64,000 nucleotides of DNA, taken from positions 9,591 through 73,590 of the forward strand of contig DASPXO010000245.1 of NCBI GenBank assembly GCA_035637235.1, written 5' to 3'. Below the pieces are notes generated by a model. The model saw only the letters and a list, made by a program, of their open reading frames with translations, made no database searches and was not told where the DNA came from. The position numbers and the translations under genes were made by a program. The stretch is from Gemmatimonadales bacterium. Lineage in GTDB: Bacteria; Gemmatimonadota; Gemmatimonadetes; Gemmatimonadales; GWC2-71-9. Shown one piece after another: positions 52,928-62,322 of the stretch. Within the stretch, counting starts at the first letter, position 1. Every line of letters starts with the position of its first letter.

Positions 52928-55435
52928 ATGACCGCTTCTACGCGCCGAGGGACGCTCGACCTCAACCCCAACGCGCGCACCGTGCTCGAGCGGCGCTACC
53001 TGGTGAAGGACGACCGGGGCAAGCCGAACGAGCAGCCCGAGGATCTGTTCTGGCGGGTCGCCCGGACGGTTGCCGAGCCGGACCGGCGCTACGGCGCCGC
53101 CGACCAGGCGGTCGAGGGTCTGGCCGAGACGTTCTTCGAGTTGATGGCGACGCGCGTGTGGATGCCCAACTCGCCCACCCTCATGAACGCCGGCCGGCCG
53201 CTGGGTCAGCTGTCGGCGTGCTTCGTGCTCCCGATCGACGACTGCCTCTCGAACGGCGAAAGCGGCATCTACGACACGCTCCGGGCGATGGCCCTCGTGC
53301 ATCAGTCGGGCGGCGGGACGGGCTTCTCGTTCTCCCGGCTGCGTCCGCAGAACGACGTGGTGCGCTCCACCATGGGCGTGGCGTCCGGCCCGGTGTCGTT
53401 CATGAAGTTGTACGACGCGTCGACCGACGTCGTGAAACAGGGCGGCACCCGCCGTGGCGCCAACATGGGGATCCTGCGGGTGGATCACCCTGACATCCTC
53501 GAGTTCATCACCTGCAAGGACGACCTCACGCAGGTGACGAACTTCAACATTTCGGTCGCCGTGACGGACGCGTTCATGACGGCGGTCGAGCAGGGGGCGA
53601 GCTACGACCTGATCCACCCCCGGACCGGAGCGGCCGTGGGCCAGTTCGACGCCCGCGAGGTGTTCCGCACGATCGTCCACGGCGCCTGGAAGACGGGTGA
53701 GCCGGGCGTGTTTTTCATCGACCGGGCCAACGCCTACAACCCGGTCCCGCACCTCGGGAGCTACGAAGCGACCAATCCCTGCGGCGAGCAGCCCCTGCTC
53801 CCGTACGACGTCTGCAACCTGGGCTCGATCAACGTGGGCGGGTTCGTGCGGCCGGGGCGGGGGGACGGGGAAGCCGTGGATTGGGACCGCCTGCGCACGG
53901 CCGTGCGCCTGTGCACCCATTTCCTCGACAACGTCATCGACGCCAACCGGTACCCGCTGCCGGAGATCGACGCGCTGGCGCAGCGTATCCGCCGGGTCGG
54001 GCTCGGCGTGATGGGCTGGGCGGACCTGCTGGTGCGGCTCGGCATCCCGTACAACTCCGACGAGGGGCTAGCCCTTGGCCGCCGGCTCATGGAGTTCGTG
54101 GACGAAGCCGCGAAGCTCGCCTCCGAGCAGCTCGCGGAGCAGCGGGGCGTCTTCCCCGAGTGGGAGCGCTCCATCTGGGGCCCCGACGCCACCTGCGCCC
54201 GCGGGCCGCAGGGCGAGCGCATCCGCCCGATGCGGAAGCTCCGGAACTGCAACCTCACGACCGTGGCGCCGACGGGCACGATCTCGATCATCGCCGGCTG
54301 CTCGTCGGGAATCGAGCCGCTGTTCGCGGTCTCGTTCATGCGGAACCAGGCGGGCGTCCTCATGCCCGATGTGAACGAGGACTTCGTCGCCATCGCGCAG
54401 CGGGAGGGCTGGTACTCGGACGACCTCATCCGGCGTATCGCCGAGGCGGGGAACATCCACTTCGACGAGGTGCCGGCGCAGTGGCAGCGCGTCTTCGTCA
54501 CCGCGCACGACGTGACCCCCGAGTGGCACATCCGGATGCAGGCCGCCTTCCAGGAGTTCACCGACTCGGCGATCTCCAAGACCTGCAACTTCCCCCGCGC
54601 AGCGACCGAGGAGGACGTCGAGCACATCTACCGGTTCGCCTATCAGCTCGGGTGCAAGGGTGTGACGGTGTACCGCGACGCCTCGCGCGAGATGCAGGTG
54701 TTGTCGACCGGCGCGACCGCGAAGCAGGTCCAGCAGGGGGTGACGAGCGGCGCGCCCGCGGGGGCCGCCGCAGACGTGCAGCGCCCGCTCGCCGAAGCGC
54801 TGGGACGCATCGCCGAGCTGGAGGCCGAGCTGGAGCACACCCGCGCCCGGCTGCACGACGCGGAGGCGGAGAACCTCCAGCGCCGCGCCAAGCGCTCGCG
54901 GCCGGACCTCCTGAAAGGCTCGACCCGGCGGATCGAGACGCCGCTCGGCACGATGTACGTGACCATCACCGAGGACGACCGGGGCCAGCCGTTCGAGGTG
55001 TTCATCTCGCTCGGCAAGGCGGGCGGAGCGCTCATGGCCGACGTCGAGGCCATCGGCCGCCTGCTCTCGCTCGGGCTGCGCTCGGGGATTCCCATGCGGG
55101 AGATCTACCGTCAGCTGCGGGGCATCTCGTCGGATCGGGCGGTCGGCCTCGGCCCCAACAAGGTGCTCTCGGTGCCCGACGCAATCGGCATCGCCATCGA
55201 GAAATGGATGCGAGACAAGCAGGGCGTGCAACAGGATCTCCTCGCCGAGGCGGACGGGTCGCCGGCGGTCGTGGCGACGCGGCAGGTGATCGCTGCGGAG
55301 GAGCGCGCGGCGGCGCCCCACGCGGGTGCGCCGGAGCAGGAGTTCATCGGCGCCTGCCCGGACTGCGGCTCGCAGCTGGCGTTCATCGAGGGGTGTGCGA
55401 CATGTCACGTCTGCGGGTTCAGCGAGTGTGGCTGA
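52928..55435 (+). CDS. nrdJ: Adenosylcobalamin-dependent (class II) ribonucleotide reductase
   Basis: VLERRYL, PNSPTLMNAG, SACFVL, TNPCGEQPL, TVAPTGT and KTCNFP motifs, plus the C-terminal CPDCG....CATCHVCG zinc finger. The ATG at 52928 is preferred over the TTG at 52892. Confidence 0.92.
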   Translation: MTASTRRGTLDLNPNARTVLERRYLVKDDRGKPNEQPEDLFWRVARTVAEPDRRYGAADQAVEGLAETFFELMATRVWMPNSPTLMNAGRPLGQLSACFVLPIDDCLSNGESGIYDTLRAMALVHQSGGGTGFSFSRLRPQNDVVRSTMGVASGPVSFMKLYDASTDVVKQGGTRRGANMGILRVDHPDILEFITCKDDLTQVTNFNISVAVTDAFMTAVEQGASYDLIHPRTGAAVGQFDAREVFRTIVHGAWKTGEPGVFFIDRANAYNPVPHLGSYEATNPCGEQPLLPYDVCNLGSINVGGFVRPGRGDGEAVDWDRLRTAVRLCTHFLDNVIDANRYPLPEIDALAQRIRRVGLGVMGWADLLVRLGIPYNSDEGLALGRRLMEFVDEAAKLASEQLAEQRGVFPEWERSIWGPDATCARGPQGERIRPMRKLRNCNLTTVAPTGTISIIAGCSSGIEPLFAVSFMRNQAGVLMPDVNEDFVAIAQREGWYSDDLIRRIAEAGNIHFDEVPAQWQRVFVTAHDVTPEWHIRMQAAFQEFTDSAISKTCNFPRAATEEDVEHIYRFAYQLGCKGVTVYRDASREMQVLSTGATAKQVQQGVTSGAPAGAAADVQRPLAEALGRIAELEAELEHTRARLHDAEAENLQRRAKRSRPDLLKGSTRRIETPLGTMYVTITEDDRGQPFEVFISLGKAGGALMADVEAIGRLLSLGLRSGIPMREIYRQLRGISSDRAVGLGPNKVLSVPDAIGIAIEKWMRDKQGVQQDLLAEADGSPAVVATRQVIAAEERAAAPHAGAPEQEFIGACPDCGSQLAFIEGCATCHVCGFSECG

Positions 55436-55573
55436 CCGGCCACACGGGAAGCGCGCGTGGCTGACCAGAACCGAGAGCGAAGGGCCCCGGGGTCAGCCAT
55501 CACAATTCTGCCGGTATCGCCCGTGTGACTTCTGTCACGACCTCCGGCGGCGGCGGCATGTTATCGTCTCCTC

Positions 55574-55963
55574 GTGACGATTCCGTTCCGCGCCATCACT
55601 CCGACGCGTCTGCAGGCTAAGGGCTGGGCCCGGGTCGGGAAGCCGGGCGCCCATCTGCTGCGCCGGGGCGCATGGTACCCCGTGGTGCGCATTTCGTCGA
55701 GCCACATCGTCGTGCTGGACGTGAACCGCCGCAACGTGCCCGTGGACCGCCGCTTCCTCGAGATCCGCTACCACCCCCCGGAGCGCTGGAGCATCGTGCG
55801 CTGCGAGCCGCGCGAGATCCAGCGCGTGGGGCGGATCTTCCCGCTCACGTACGCGGTCTGCCCCAGCTGCCGCCACCGGCAAGGGTTCGACGCGCAGGTG
55901 CAGGAGCTCACCTGCGAGCGCTGCAAGAAGACGGCGGTGGTGGCGTGGGATGAGCCGGGCTAG
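55574..55963 (+). CDS. Uncharacterised 129-aa protein with a C-terminal 4-Cys zinc ribbon (paralog A)
   Basis: LLRRGAWYPVV ... PPERWSIV ... TYAVCPSCRHRQGF...LTCERC. Paralogous to 56590-56955. GTG start. Its stop overlaps the convergent MOSC stop in a shared CTAG. Confidence 0.6.
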   Translation: MTIPFRAITPTRLQAKGWARVGKPGAHLLRRGAWYPVVRISSSHIVVLDVNRRNVPVDRRFLEIRYHPPERWSIVRCEPREIQRVGRIFPLTYAVCPSCRHRQGFDAQVQELTCERCKKTAVVAWDEPG

Positions 55964-56547
55964 CCGCTTCCGAGCGACGCCACCCGGTCGCCTAGCGCGA
56001 CGATCCCGGTTCCCACTCCGAGGCAGTAGAACCCCCGCGTCCCACCGTCCAGGAACTGGAGGTGGGATTTGAGCACGTCGGACTCCACCATGCCTCCGAG
56101 GGCCCAGCCGGTGAACGGGCGGCAGGGCTGGGCGACGTCGAGCACGCGCAGCCGGAAACGCTCGACCCCGTCGGCGGAGCGGACGACCACGCCGTCGCGC
56201 AGCTCGTCGAAGGTGCACCGCCCATCCGCCTCAACGAGAATGTTCTCCCCCGCGCACCCGAGCTCGATGCGATCGCCGAAGCGCGCCCGCATCTCCGCGT
56301 AGTGGGACGTGAAGCCGACCGATACGCCGTGCTCGCCGTCGGCGTTCTTGGTGTGCGGGTGCCCCCGGTGGTGGATGTCCACGATCCAGGAGCGGTCGGC
56401 CGCTTCGCCGAGCACTCCGTCCGGGCTCACCGCGAGTCGTTCCACCGGCAGGACGGGGGCGGGGTCGTAGACGCGCTGGGGTTGCTGGCCCGTCTTCAAC
56501 GACGCGCGCTGGATCTGGAGGCGGACGACACGGCCGAGGTCGCGCAT
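55960..56547 (-). CDS. MOSC domain-containing protein
   Basis: GD......H.....AVS.YS-like region, GENILV and the conserved Cys context AQPCRPF. ATG at 56547. The upstream part of the 269-aa ORF looks non-coding. Confidence 0.7.
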   Translation of the reverse strand: MRDLGRVVRLQIQRASLKTGQQPQRVYDPAPVLPVERLAVSPDGVLGEAADRSWIVDIHHRGHPHTKNADGEHGVSVGFTSHYAEMRARFGDRIELGCAGENILVEADGRCTFDELRDGVVVRSADGVERFRLRVLDVAQPCRPFTGWALGGMVESDVLKSHLQFLDGGTRGFYCLGVGTGIVALGDRVASLGSG

Positions 56548-56589
56548 AACCAAATTTAACAAAAGGCGGTATGATATGGACGGAACGCC

Positions 56590-56955
56590 ATGCGGATCAC
56601 CCTCGGCTGGGCGCGGTGTGCGGAGAACGTCGCGGACATCCTCCGGCGCGGCGCCTGGTATCGCATCGTCGAGGAGCTGGCGGACGGCCACGTGGTCGTC
56701 GCGGTCCGGGAGCAGCGGGTGCGCCTCAGCCGCGCGGACCTGACGATCCGGCAGGAGCCCCCCGATCACTGGAGCATCGTCGTTCGCACGGGTGTGCTCC
56801 GGCCGACGCTAGGAGGGAAGGGGATGGAGGTCGTCACCACCTACGCCGTTTGCCCGCTGTGCCACTACCGTCAGGACTTCGCCGGCCGGCCCAACGCGCT
56901 GCGCTGCGTGCGTTGCGGCGCCACGTCGCCGGTGGACTGGTCGGAGACGTGCTAG
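56590..56955 (+). CDS. Uncharacterised 121-aa protein with a C-terminal 4-Cys zinc ribbon (paralog B)
   Basis: ILRRGAWYRIV ... PPDHWSIV ... TYAVCPLCHYRQDF...LRCVRC. Collinear with paralog A over essentially its whole length. Confidence 0.6.
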   Translation: MRITLGWARCAENVADILRRGAWYRIVEELADGHVVVAVREQRVRLSRADLTIRQEPPDHWSIVVRTGVLRPTLGGKGMEVVTTYAVCPLCHYRQDFAGRPNALRCVRCGATSPVDWSETC

Positions 56956-57024
56956 GTGTCGCGGGGGCGCCCGAAATACTTAGCATCCTAACAATCAACC
57001 TGTTAACTACCACCGGGCCGCCGC

Positions 57025-57486
57025 GTGTCCGACCGCTCCGAGCTCGCCTTGCAGCTCACTGAAGCCATTGCCGCCGCGCAGGGTGCCGTGCAGCGGGCGG
57101 GGGACCGCGCATTCCGCGCCTACGGCCTGTCGCACCGCGCGCACGCCGTCTTGAACGCCGTGGACCAGGGCGGCCCCGACGGGGCCCGGCCCAAGGACAT
57201 CGCCGAGCTGCTCGGCGTGTCGCGCGCCGCGGCCACGACGTTCATCCAGCGGCTCGAGACCAAGCGACTCGTCGACACCACGCGGGATGCGGCGGACGAC
57301 CGCGGGGTGCGCGTCACGCTCACGCGGCACGGCCTGGAGGTGTTACTGCGGGTCGGCCTGCTCGAGCGCCGCCTGGGCGCCCGGGCCATCGAGGGGATGC
57401 CCGCCTCGAGCCTCGCGCGCGCGGTGCACGTGCTCCGGGAGTTCAAGCGGCGGCTCGGGGAGAAGCAGATCGGGGTGGTGCCCTAG
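57025..57486 (+). CDS. MarR-family transcriptional regulator
   Basis: Winged-helix pattern: AVLNAV...G..P.DIAELLGVSRAA.T.FIQRLE.K.LV.......D.R.V.V.LT..G. Confidence 0.85.
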   Translation: MSDRSELALQLTEAIAAAQGAVQRAGDRAFRAYGLSHRAHAVLNAVDQGGPDGARPKDIAELLGVSRAAATTFIQRLETKRLVDTTRDAADDRGVRVTLTRHGLEVLLRVGLLERRLGARAIEGMPASSLARAVHVLREFKRRLGEKQIGVVP

Positions 57487-57529
57487 AGCGGCCCCTGGCA
57501 CGCGATTGGTGAGCAGCGACAACCCCGGG

Positions 57530-58948
57530 ATGGGAGCTTCGCACTTGATCCGCCGCACGAAGATTGTCGCGACGCTCGGTCCGGCGACCGGGACTTCCGA
57601 GCGGGTCGCGGCGCTGATCGACGCAGGCGCGAACGTGATCCGCGTGAACGCCTCGCACGGCACGCCGGAGCTGCGCGCGGGGTGGATCGCCGCGGCGCGC
57701 CGGGGGGCGGAGGCGGCGGGCGCGCCGGCCTGCGTGCTCGTGGACCTGCAGGGGCCGCGCATCCGCGTCGGGACGCTCCCGCATGCGCGCACCCTCCGTC
57801 CCGGGGAAACGGTGGTGTTCGCGCCGGAGCACGCGGCGCGCGGCGACGAGCTGCCGACGACCTACGACGAGCTCGCTCGCGACGCGCGGGCCGGCGCCCG
57901 GATCCTGCTCGACGACGGCCTGCTCTCCGTCGACGTCACGCGGATCGATCCACCGCGGGTGGAAGCGCGCGTCGTGGACGGCGGCATGCTCACCTCGCAC
58001 AAGGGGATGAACCTTCCGGGGCTGGTGGTGAGCGCGCCGGCGCTGACGGAGAAGGACCGGGAGGACGCCGCGCACGCCGTCGAGCACGGTTGCGATTACC
58101 TCGCGCTCTCATTCGTGCGCCGGGCGGAGGACCTCGCCGAGCTGAGGGGACTCGCTCCCGAAACCATAAAGCTCGTGGCCAAGATCGAGAAGGCCACGGC
58201 CCTCGACGACCTCGAGCGCATCCTCCAGGCGTGTGATGCGGTGATGGTGGCCCGCGGCGATCTGGGCGTCGAGCTGCCCTTCGAGGAAGTGCCCGTGGTG
58301 CAAAAGCGCCTCATCCGGGAGGCGAACATTCACGGGAAGCCCGTGATCACCGCGACGCAGATGCTCGAGTCGATGGTCCACCACCCGCGGCCGACCCGGG
58401 CCGAGGCGTCGGATGTGGCGAACGCCATCCTCGACGGCACCGACGCCGTGATGCTCTCGGCGGAGACGGCCGTCGGGGAGTATCCCGTGGAGGCGGTGCG
58501 GGCGATGGACCGGATCATCCGCGAGATGGAGCGGCACAGCCTGGGCGGGCGGCGCGACGAGCGGCGCATCCGCGCCGACCGCGCCGTGTCGGTCGAGGAC
58601 GCGATCGCGCTGGGGACGAGCGCGGTAGCGCGGATGCTCCGGACACCGGTCATCGTCACGCTCACGAAGGGCGGCTTCACCGCCCGCAAGGTCGCCGCGC
58701 AGCGACCGCCGGTGCCGATCCTGGCCGTGACCACCGAGCCCGCGACGTACCGGCAGCTCGCCCTGGTGTGGGGCGTGACCCCGGTGCTGGTGGACCGCGT
58801 TCCGGGCTACGACGCGATGCTCGCCGTGGTGCGCGACCTCATCCTCAAGCGCGGCTACGCGCGGGCGGGGGACCGGATCGTGATGACCGCCGGCGTGCCG
58901 TGGGAGGTGTCCGGCGCCACCAACCTGCTCAAGGTCGAGGTCGTCTGA
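57530..58948 (+). CDS. pyk: Pyruvate kinase
   Basis: RRTKIVATLGPA, RVNASHG, DLQGPRIR, MVARGDLGVE and ATQMLESM motifs. 472 aa. Confidence 0.95.
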   Translation: MGASHLIRRTKIVATLGPATGTSERVAALIDAGANVIRVNASHGTPELRAGWIAAARRGAEAAGAPACVLVDLQGPRIRVGTLPHARTLRPGETVVFAPEHAARGDELPTTYDELARDARAGARILLDDGLLSVDVTRIDPPRVEARVVDGGMLTSHKGMNLPGLVVSAPALTEKDREDAAHAVEHGCDYLALSFVRRAEDLAELRGLAPETIKLVAKIEKATALDDLERILQACDAVMVARGDLGVELPFEEVPVVQKRLIREANIHGKPVITATQMLESMVHHPRPTRAEASDVANAILDGTDAVMLSAETAVGEYPVEAVRAMDRIIREMERHSLGGRRDERRIRADRAVSVEDAIALGTSAVARMLRTPVIVTLTKGGFTARKVAAQRPPVPILAVTTEPATYRQLALVWGVTPVLVDRVPGYDAMLAVVRDLILKRGYARAGDRIVMTAGVPWEVSGATNLLKVEVV

Positions 58949-58949
58949 C

Positions 58950-59729
58950 GTGCGCCTCGTGTTTCTCGGCACCGGCACGTCGTACGGCGTGCCCCAGATC
59001 GGCTGCCGCTGCCGGGTGTGCACGTCGAGCGATCCCCGGGACAAGCGCACCCGTACTGCGGCGCTGATCGAGTCGGGCGGGCGGCGGCTCCTCATCGACA
59101 CGCCGCCCGAGCTCCGGCTGCAGCTCGTCGCCGCTGGGGTGGCTGCGGTGGACGCGGTGCTGTTCACCCACTCGCACGCCGACCACGTCCACGGGATCGA
59201 CGACCTGCGCGCGCTCACGGTGCGGCGGGAGGCCCGCCTGGCGGTGTACGGTCCGGCCGCGGCGATGGCGGAGCTGGCGCAGCGGTTCGGCTACATCTTC
59301 GACGCGACGCCCGCGCAGCCGGGCACGAGCAAGCCCGAGCTCGCCGCGGAGGTGCTGGCGCCGGACCGCGAGACGGAAATCGCCGGGATGCCGGTGCGTC
59401 CCCTGGCGCTGCCCCACGGCGACCGCACGGTGTTCGGGTATCGCGTGGGCCCGATCGCCTACCTGACGGACGCGAAGCACATCCCCGACGCGGCCCGCAC
59501 GCGGCTCGCGAGACTCGAACTGCTGGTGCTGAACGCCCTGCTGCCGCGGCCGCATCCGCTGCACCTCTCGATCCCCGAAGCCGTGGCGACGGCGCAGCAA
59601 ATCGGCGCGCGGCGGACGTTCCTCACGCATCTCACCCACGAAACGCTGCACGAGGAGCTCGCGGCCCGCCTCCCCCACGGGATTGCGCCGGCGTACGACG
59701 GGCTGGTCATCGACGTGGGCGCTGTCTAG
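58950..59729 (+). CDS. MBL-fold metallo-hydrolase (PhnP-like)
   Basis: FLGTGTS.GVPQIGC.C..C N-terminus and the FTHSHADHVHG zinc motif. Confidence 0.8.
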   Translation: MRLVFLGTGTSYGVPQIGCRCRVCTSSDPRDKRTRTAALIESGGRRLLIDTPPELRLQLVAAGVAAVDAVLFTHSHADHVHGIDDLRALTVRREARLAVYGPAAAMAELAQRFGYIFDATPAQPGTSKPELAAEVLAPDRETEIAGMPVRPLALPHGDRTVFGYRVGPIAYLTDAKHIPDAARTRLARLELLVLNALLPRPHPLHLSIPEAVATAQQIGARRTFLTHLTHETLHEELAARLPHGIAPAYDGLVIDVGAV

Positions 59730-59753
59730 ATTCGACCGCAGGAGGACGGTCCC

Positions 59754-61130
59754 ATGTCGAACCCACTCGCAGCGACGCTGCGGCGGTTCCAGAGCCCCTC
59801 GGTGCGCCAGAGCGCGGCGATGGACGCGCTCGTGCGGCAGGCGGTATTCGGGATGCCGGAGGAGCGGGAGCAGGCGCGCTGGCTCATCTGGGAGATCGGC
59901 CAGGCGGCGGGTGTGCGTCCGGCCTCGATCCACGGGCTGTACATGGCGCGGGGCCGCGGCGAGATCCCGCCATTCACCACGCCCGCCATCAACGTGCGGG
60001 TCCTCGCCTACGACTCGGCGCGCGCGCTGGTCCGGGCCGCGCAGCGTCTCGACGTCGGCGCGGTGATCTGCGAGATCGCCCGCAGTGAGATCGGCTACAC
60101 CGACCAGCGGCCCGCCGAGTACGTGGCGGTGATGACCGCGGCGGCGCTGCGCGAGGGCTTCGCAGGGCCGCTCTTCATCCAGGGCGACCACGTGCAGGTG
60201 AATGCCAAGAAGTACGCGGCCGACCCCGAATCCGAGCTCCAGGCGGTGCGCACGCTCGTGGAGGAGGAGCTCCACGCCGGCTTCTATAACATCGACGTGG
60301 ACACCTCGACGCTCGTGGATCTGTCGCAGCCCACGCTCGACGAGCAGCAGCGCGTCAACTACGAGCGCGCGGCCGAGCTGACCCGGTTCATCCGCGACCG
60401 CGAGCCGGACGGCGTGACGGTGTCGGTCGGCGCGGAGATCGGCGAGGTGGGCGGCAAGAACTCGGACGTCCATGAGCTGCGGGCCTTCATGGAGGGGTAT
60501 AGCCGGACGCTGCGGCGGCTCGGTCCCCACGTCGGCATCAGCAAGATCTCCGTGCAGACCGGGACCAGCCACGGCGGCGTGGTGCTCGCCGACGGCTCGA
60601 TCGCGCAGGTGCAGCTCGACCTCGAGGCGCTGAAGACGCTGTCCCAGGAGGCGCGCTCCCGGTACGGTCTGGGCGGCGCGGTCCAGCACGGCGCGTCCAC
60701 GCTGCCGCCCGAGGCGTTCGGCAGTTTCCCCACGTGCGAGGCGATCGAGATCCACCTCGCCACCAACTTCCAGACCATCGTCTTCGACCACCCGCAGCTC
60801 CCGGCGGGGCTGCGCGCCGAGCTCAACGAATGGGTGAAGGCCGAGTGCAAGGACGAGTGGAAGAAGGGCGACACGGAGCAGCAGTTCCTCTACAAGAGCC
60901 GCAAGAAGGCGATCGGCCCGTTCAAGCGGACGCTGTGGGACCTGCCGGCGGACACGCGGGCGGCCATCGCGGCGGACCTCGAGCGGACGTTCGCCTTCCT
61001 GTTCGAGCAGCTCCGGGTCACGAACACACGCGACATCGTCGCTCGCCACGTCAAGCCGCCGCTGCAGTCACACGCGCAGCCGCGCCCGGTGGCGGTCGCC
61101 GCCCCGGACGACATGGAGGCGGGCGAGTGA
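59754..61130 (+). CDS. Class II fructose/ketose-bisphosphate aldolase family protein (long form)
   Basis: INVRVL, QGDH, NIDVD.S, GAEIGEVGG, VQTGTSHGG and QHGAST motifs match class II aldolase metal- and phosphate-binding regions. Confidence 0.65.
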   Translation: MSNPLAATLRRFQSPSVRQSAAMDALVRQAVFGMPEEREQARWLIWEIGQAAGVRPASIHGLYMARGRGEIPPFTTPAINVRVLAYDSARALVRAAQRLDVGAVICEIARSEIGYTDQRPAEYVAVMTAAALREGFAGPLFIQGDHVQVNAKKYAADPESELQAVRTLVEEELHAGFYNIDVDTSTLVDLSQPTLDEQQRVNYERAAELTRFIRDREPDGVTVSVGAEIGEVGGKNSDVHELRAFMEGYSRTLRRLGPHVGISKISVQTGTSHGGVVLADGSIAQVQLDLEALKTLSQEARSRYGLGGAVQHGASTLPPEAFGSFPTCEAIEIHLATNFQTIVFDHPQLPAGLRAELNEWVKAECKDEWKKGDTEQQFLYKSRKKAIGPFKRTLWDLPADTRAAIAADLERTFAFLFEQLRVTNTRDIVARHVKPPLQSHAQPRPVAVAAPDDMEAGE

Positions 61131-61435
61131 GCGAGCGCGGCTCCGGGCTGGGTCCGTTCGTTCTGGGCCTCGGGCTCGGCGCGATCCTGGGGTTCCTGTT
61201 CGCGCCCGAAGCGGGAGCGGCGACGCGCGGCAAGCTCGAGCGCAAGCTGCGCGGCTTGCGCGACCTCGCGACCGACAAGGCGGACGAGCTCGGTCAGCTG
61301 CTCGAGACCGGCGACGAGGAGGAGGCGGCGGCGGGGTCGGCGCGCGATGCCGTCGAGCGCCGCTTCACGAACGCGAAGCGGCGGCGGCGGGGCACCAAGG
61401 AGGGGTCTCAGGAGGAGGACGAGCCGGTCGGGTGA
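61127..61435 (+). CDS. YtxH-domain protein
   Basis: GLGLGAILGFLFAPEAGAATRGKL N-terminal motif followed by a charged helical tail. GTGA overlap with the upstream stop. Confidence 0.7.
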   Translation: MSERGSGLGPFVLGLGLGAILGFLFAPEAGAATRGKLERKLRGLRDLATDKADELGQLLETGDEEEAAAGSARDAVERRFTNAKRRRRGTKEGSQEEDEPVG

Positions 61436-62322
61436 GGTCCGAGGGCGGCTGGCATCGGTCGGCGACCGGCGTCGTCCGCCGCACGCTCGAGGCGGCCTAC
61501 GAGGACAACATTCCCTTTCTCGCGAGCGCGCTGTCGTTCGATCTCCTGCTGACGATCATTCCGTTCATCGCCCTGCTGCTCGCGGTCGTCGGCGCGCTCG
61601 TCCAGCACCAGATCACGGTCCAACAGATGAGCCTGCACGAGCTGCTCGCGCGGTTCCTCCCGGTCACCGCCGGGGGATGGACCGACCGGGCGTTCGCGCA
61701 GGTGGAGGGCGCGCTGGGGAGCGTGGTGCGGCATCGTGGGCGCCTGACCGTCGTGGGCATCCCCCTGTTTCTCTGGTTCTCGACTCGACTGTTCGGGGGC
61801 CTGCGCGCGGCGCTGAACGAGGTGTTCGACACCGACGAGCAGCGCCCGTGGCCGGTCGCGAAGCTGCTCGACCTCGCCATGGTGCTCGGCGCCGGCGCCC
61901 TGCTCGTCACGAGCGCGCTCATCACCGCCTGGGAGGCGCGCAGCGGCGCGCGACTGTCCTCCGGCGTCGCACGCGATTGGGCGTGGCGCCTCGGCCTCGA
62001 ACTGGTCGCCTTCGCGCTCGGCGTGCTCCTGTTCTTCGTCATCTTCAAGCTCCTGCCCAGCCGGCGCATCCACTGGGGCACCGCGCTGGTCGCCGCGGTG
62101 TTCTGCGGGCTCGGCTTCGAGGTCGCGAAGCGGCTGTACGCGCTCTACGTGACGCGGTTCGTGACCGTGGACCGCGTCGCGTCGGACGGCAACGTCCTGG
62201 CCCTGCTGCTGTTCCTGCTGTGGGTGTATTACACGGCGTACCTCTTTCTTCTCGGGGGCGAGGTCGCGGAGACCTACGACCTGATCCGGATGCGCCGCTC
62301 GCAGCGGGTCCGGCTCGGATGA
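61432..62322 (+). CDS. YihY/BrkB-family membrane protein
   Basis: FLASALSFDLLLTIIPFIALLL, YA.YV and LL.L.WVYY.A..FLLG.E motifs. GTGA overlap. Confidence 0.8.
   Translation: MRSEGGWHRSATGVVRRTLEAAYEDNIPFLASALSFDLLLTIIPFIALLLAVVGALVQHQITVQQMSLHELLARFLPVTAGGWTDRAFAQVEGALGSVVRHRGRLTVVGIPLFLWFSTRLFGGLRAALNEVFDTDEQRPWPVAKLLDLAMVLGAGALLVTSALITAWEARSGARLSSGVARDWAWRLGLELVAFALGVLLFFVIFKLLPSRRIHWGTALVAAVFCGLGFEVAKRLYALYVTRFVTVDRVASDGNVLALLLFLLWVYYTAYLFLLGGEVAETYDLIRMRRSQRVRLG

Noticed and set aside
55527-55540. GTGAC-N4-GTCAC palindrome 35 nt upstream of zinc-ribbon paralog A, as a shared operator.
   Set aside because: It has only 5-bp arms and no counterpart upstream of paralog B or the MOSC gene. 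It is likely a chance occurrence in GC-rich sequence.
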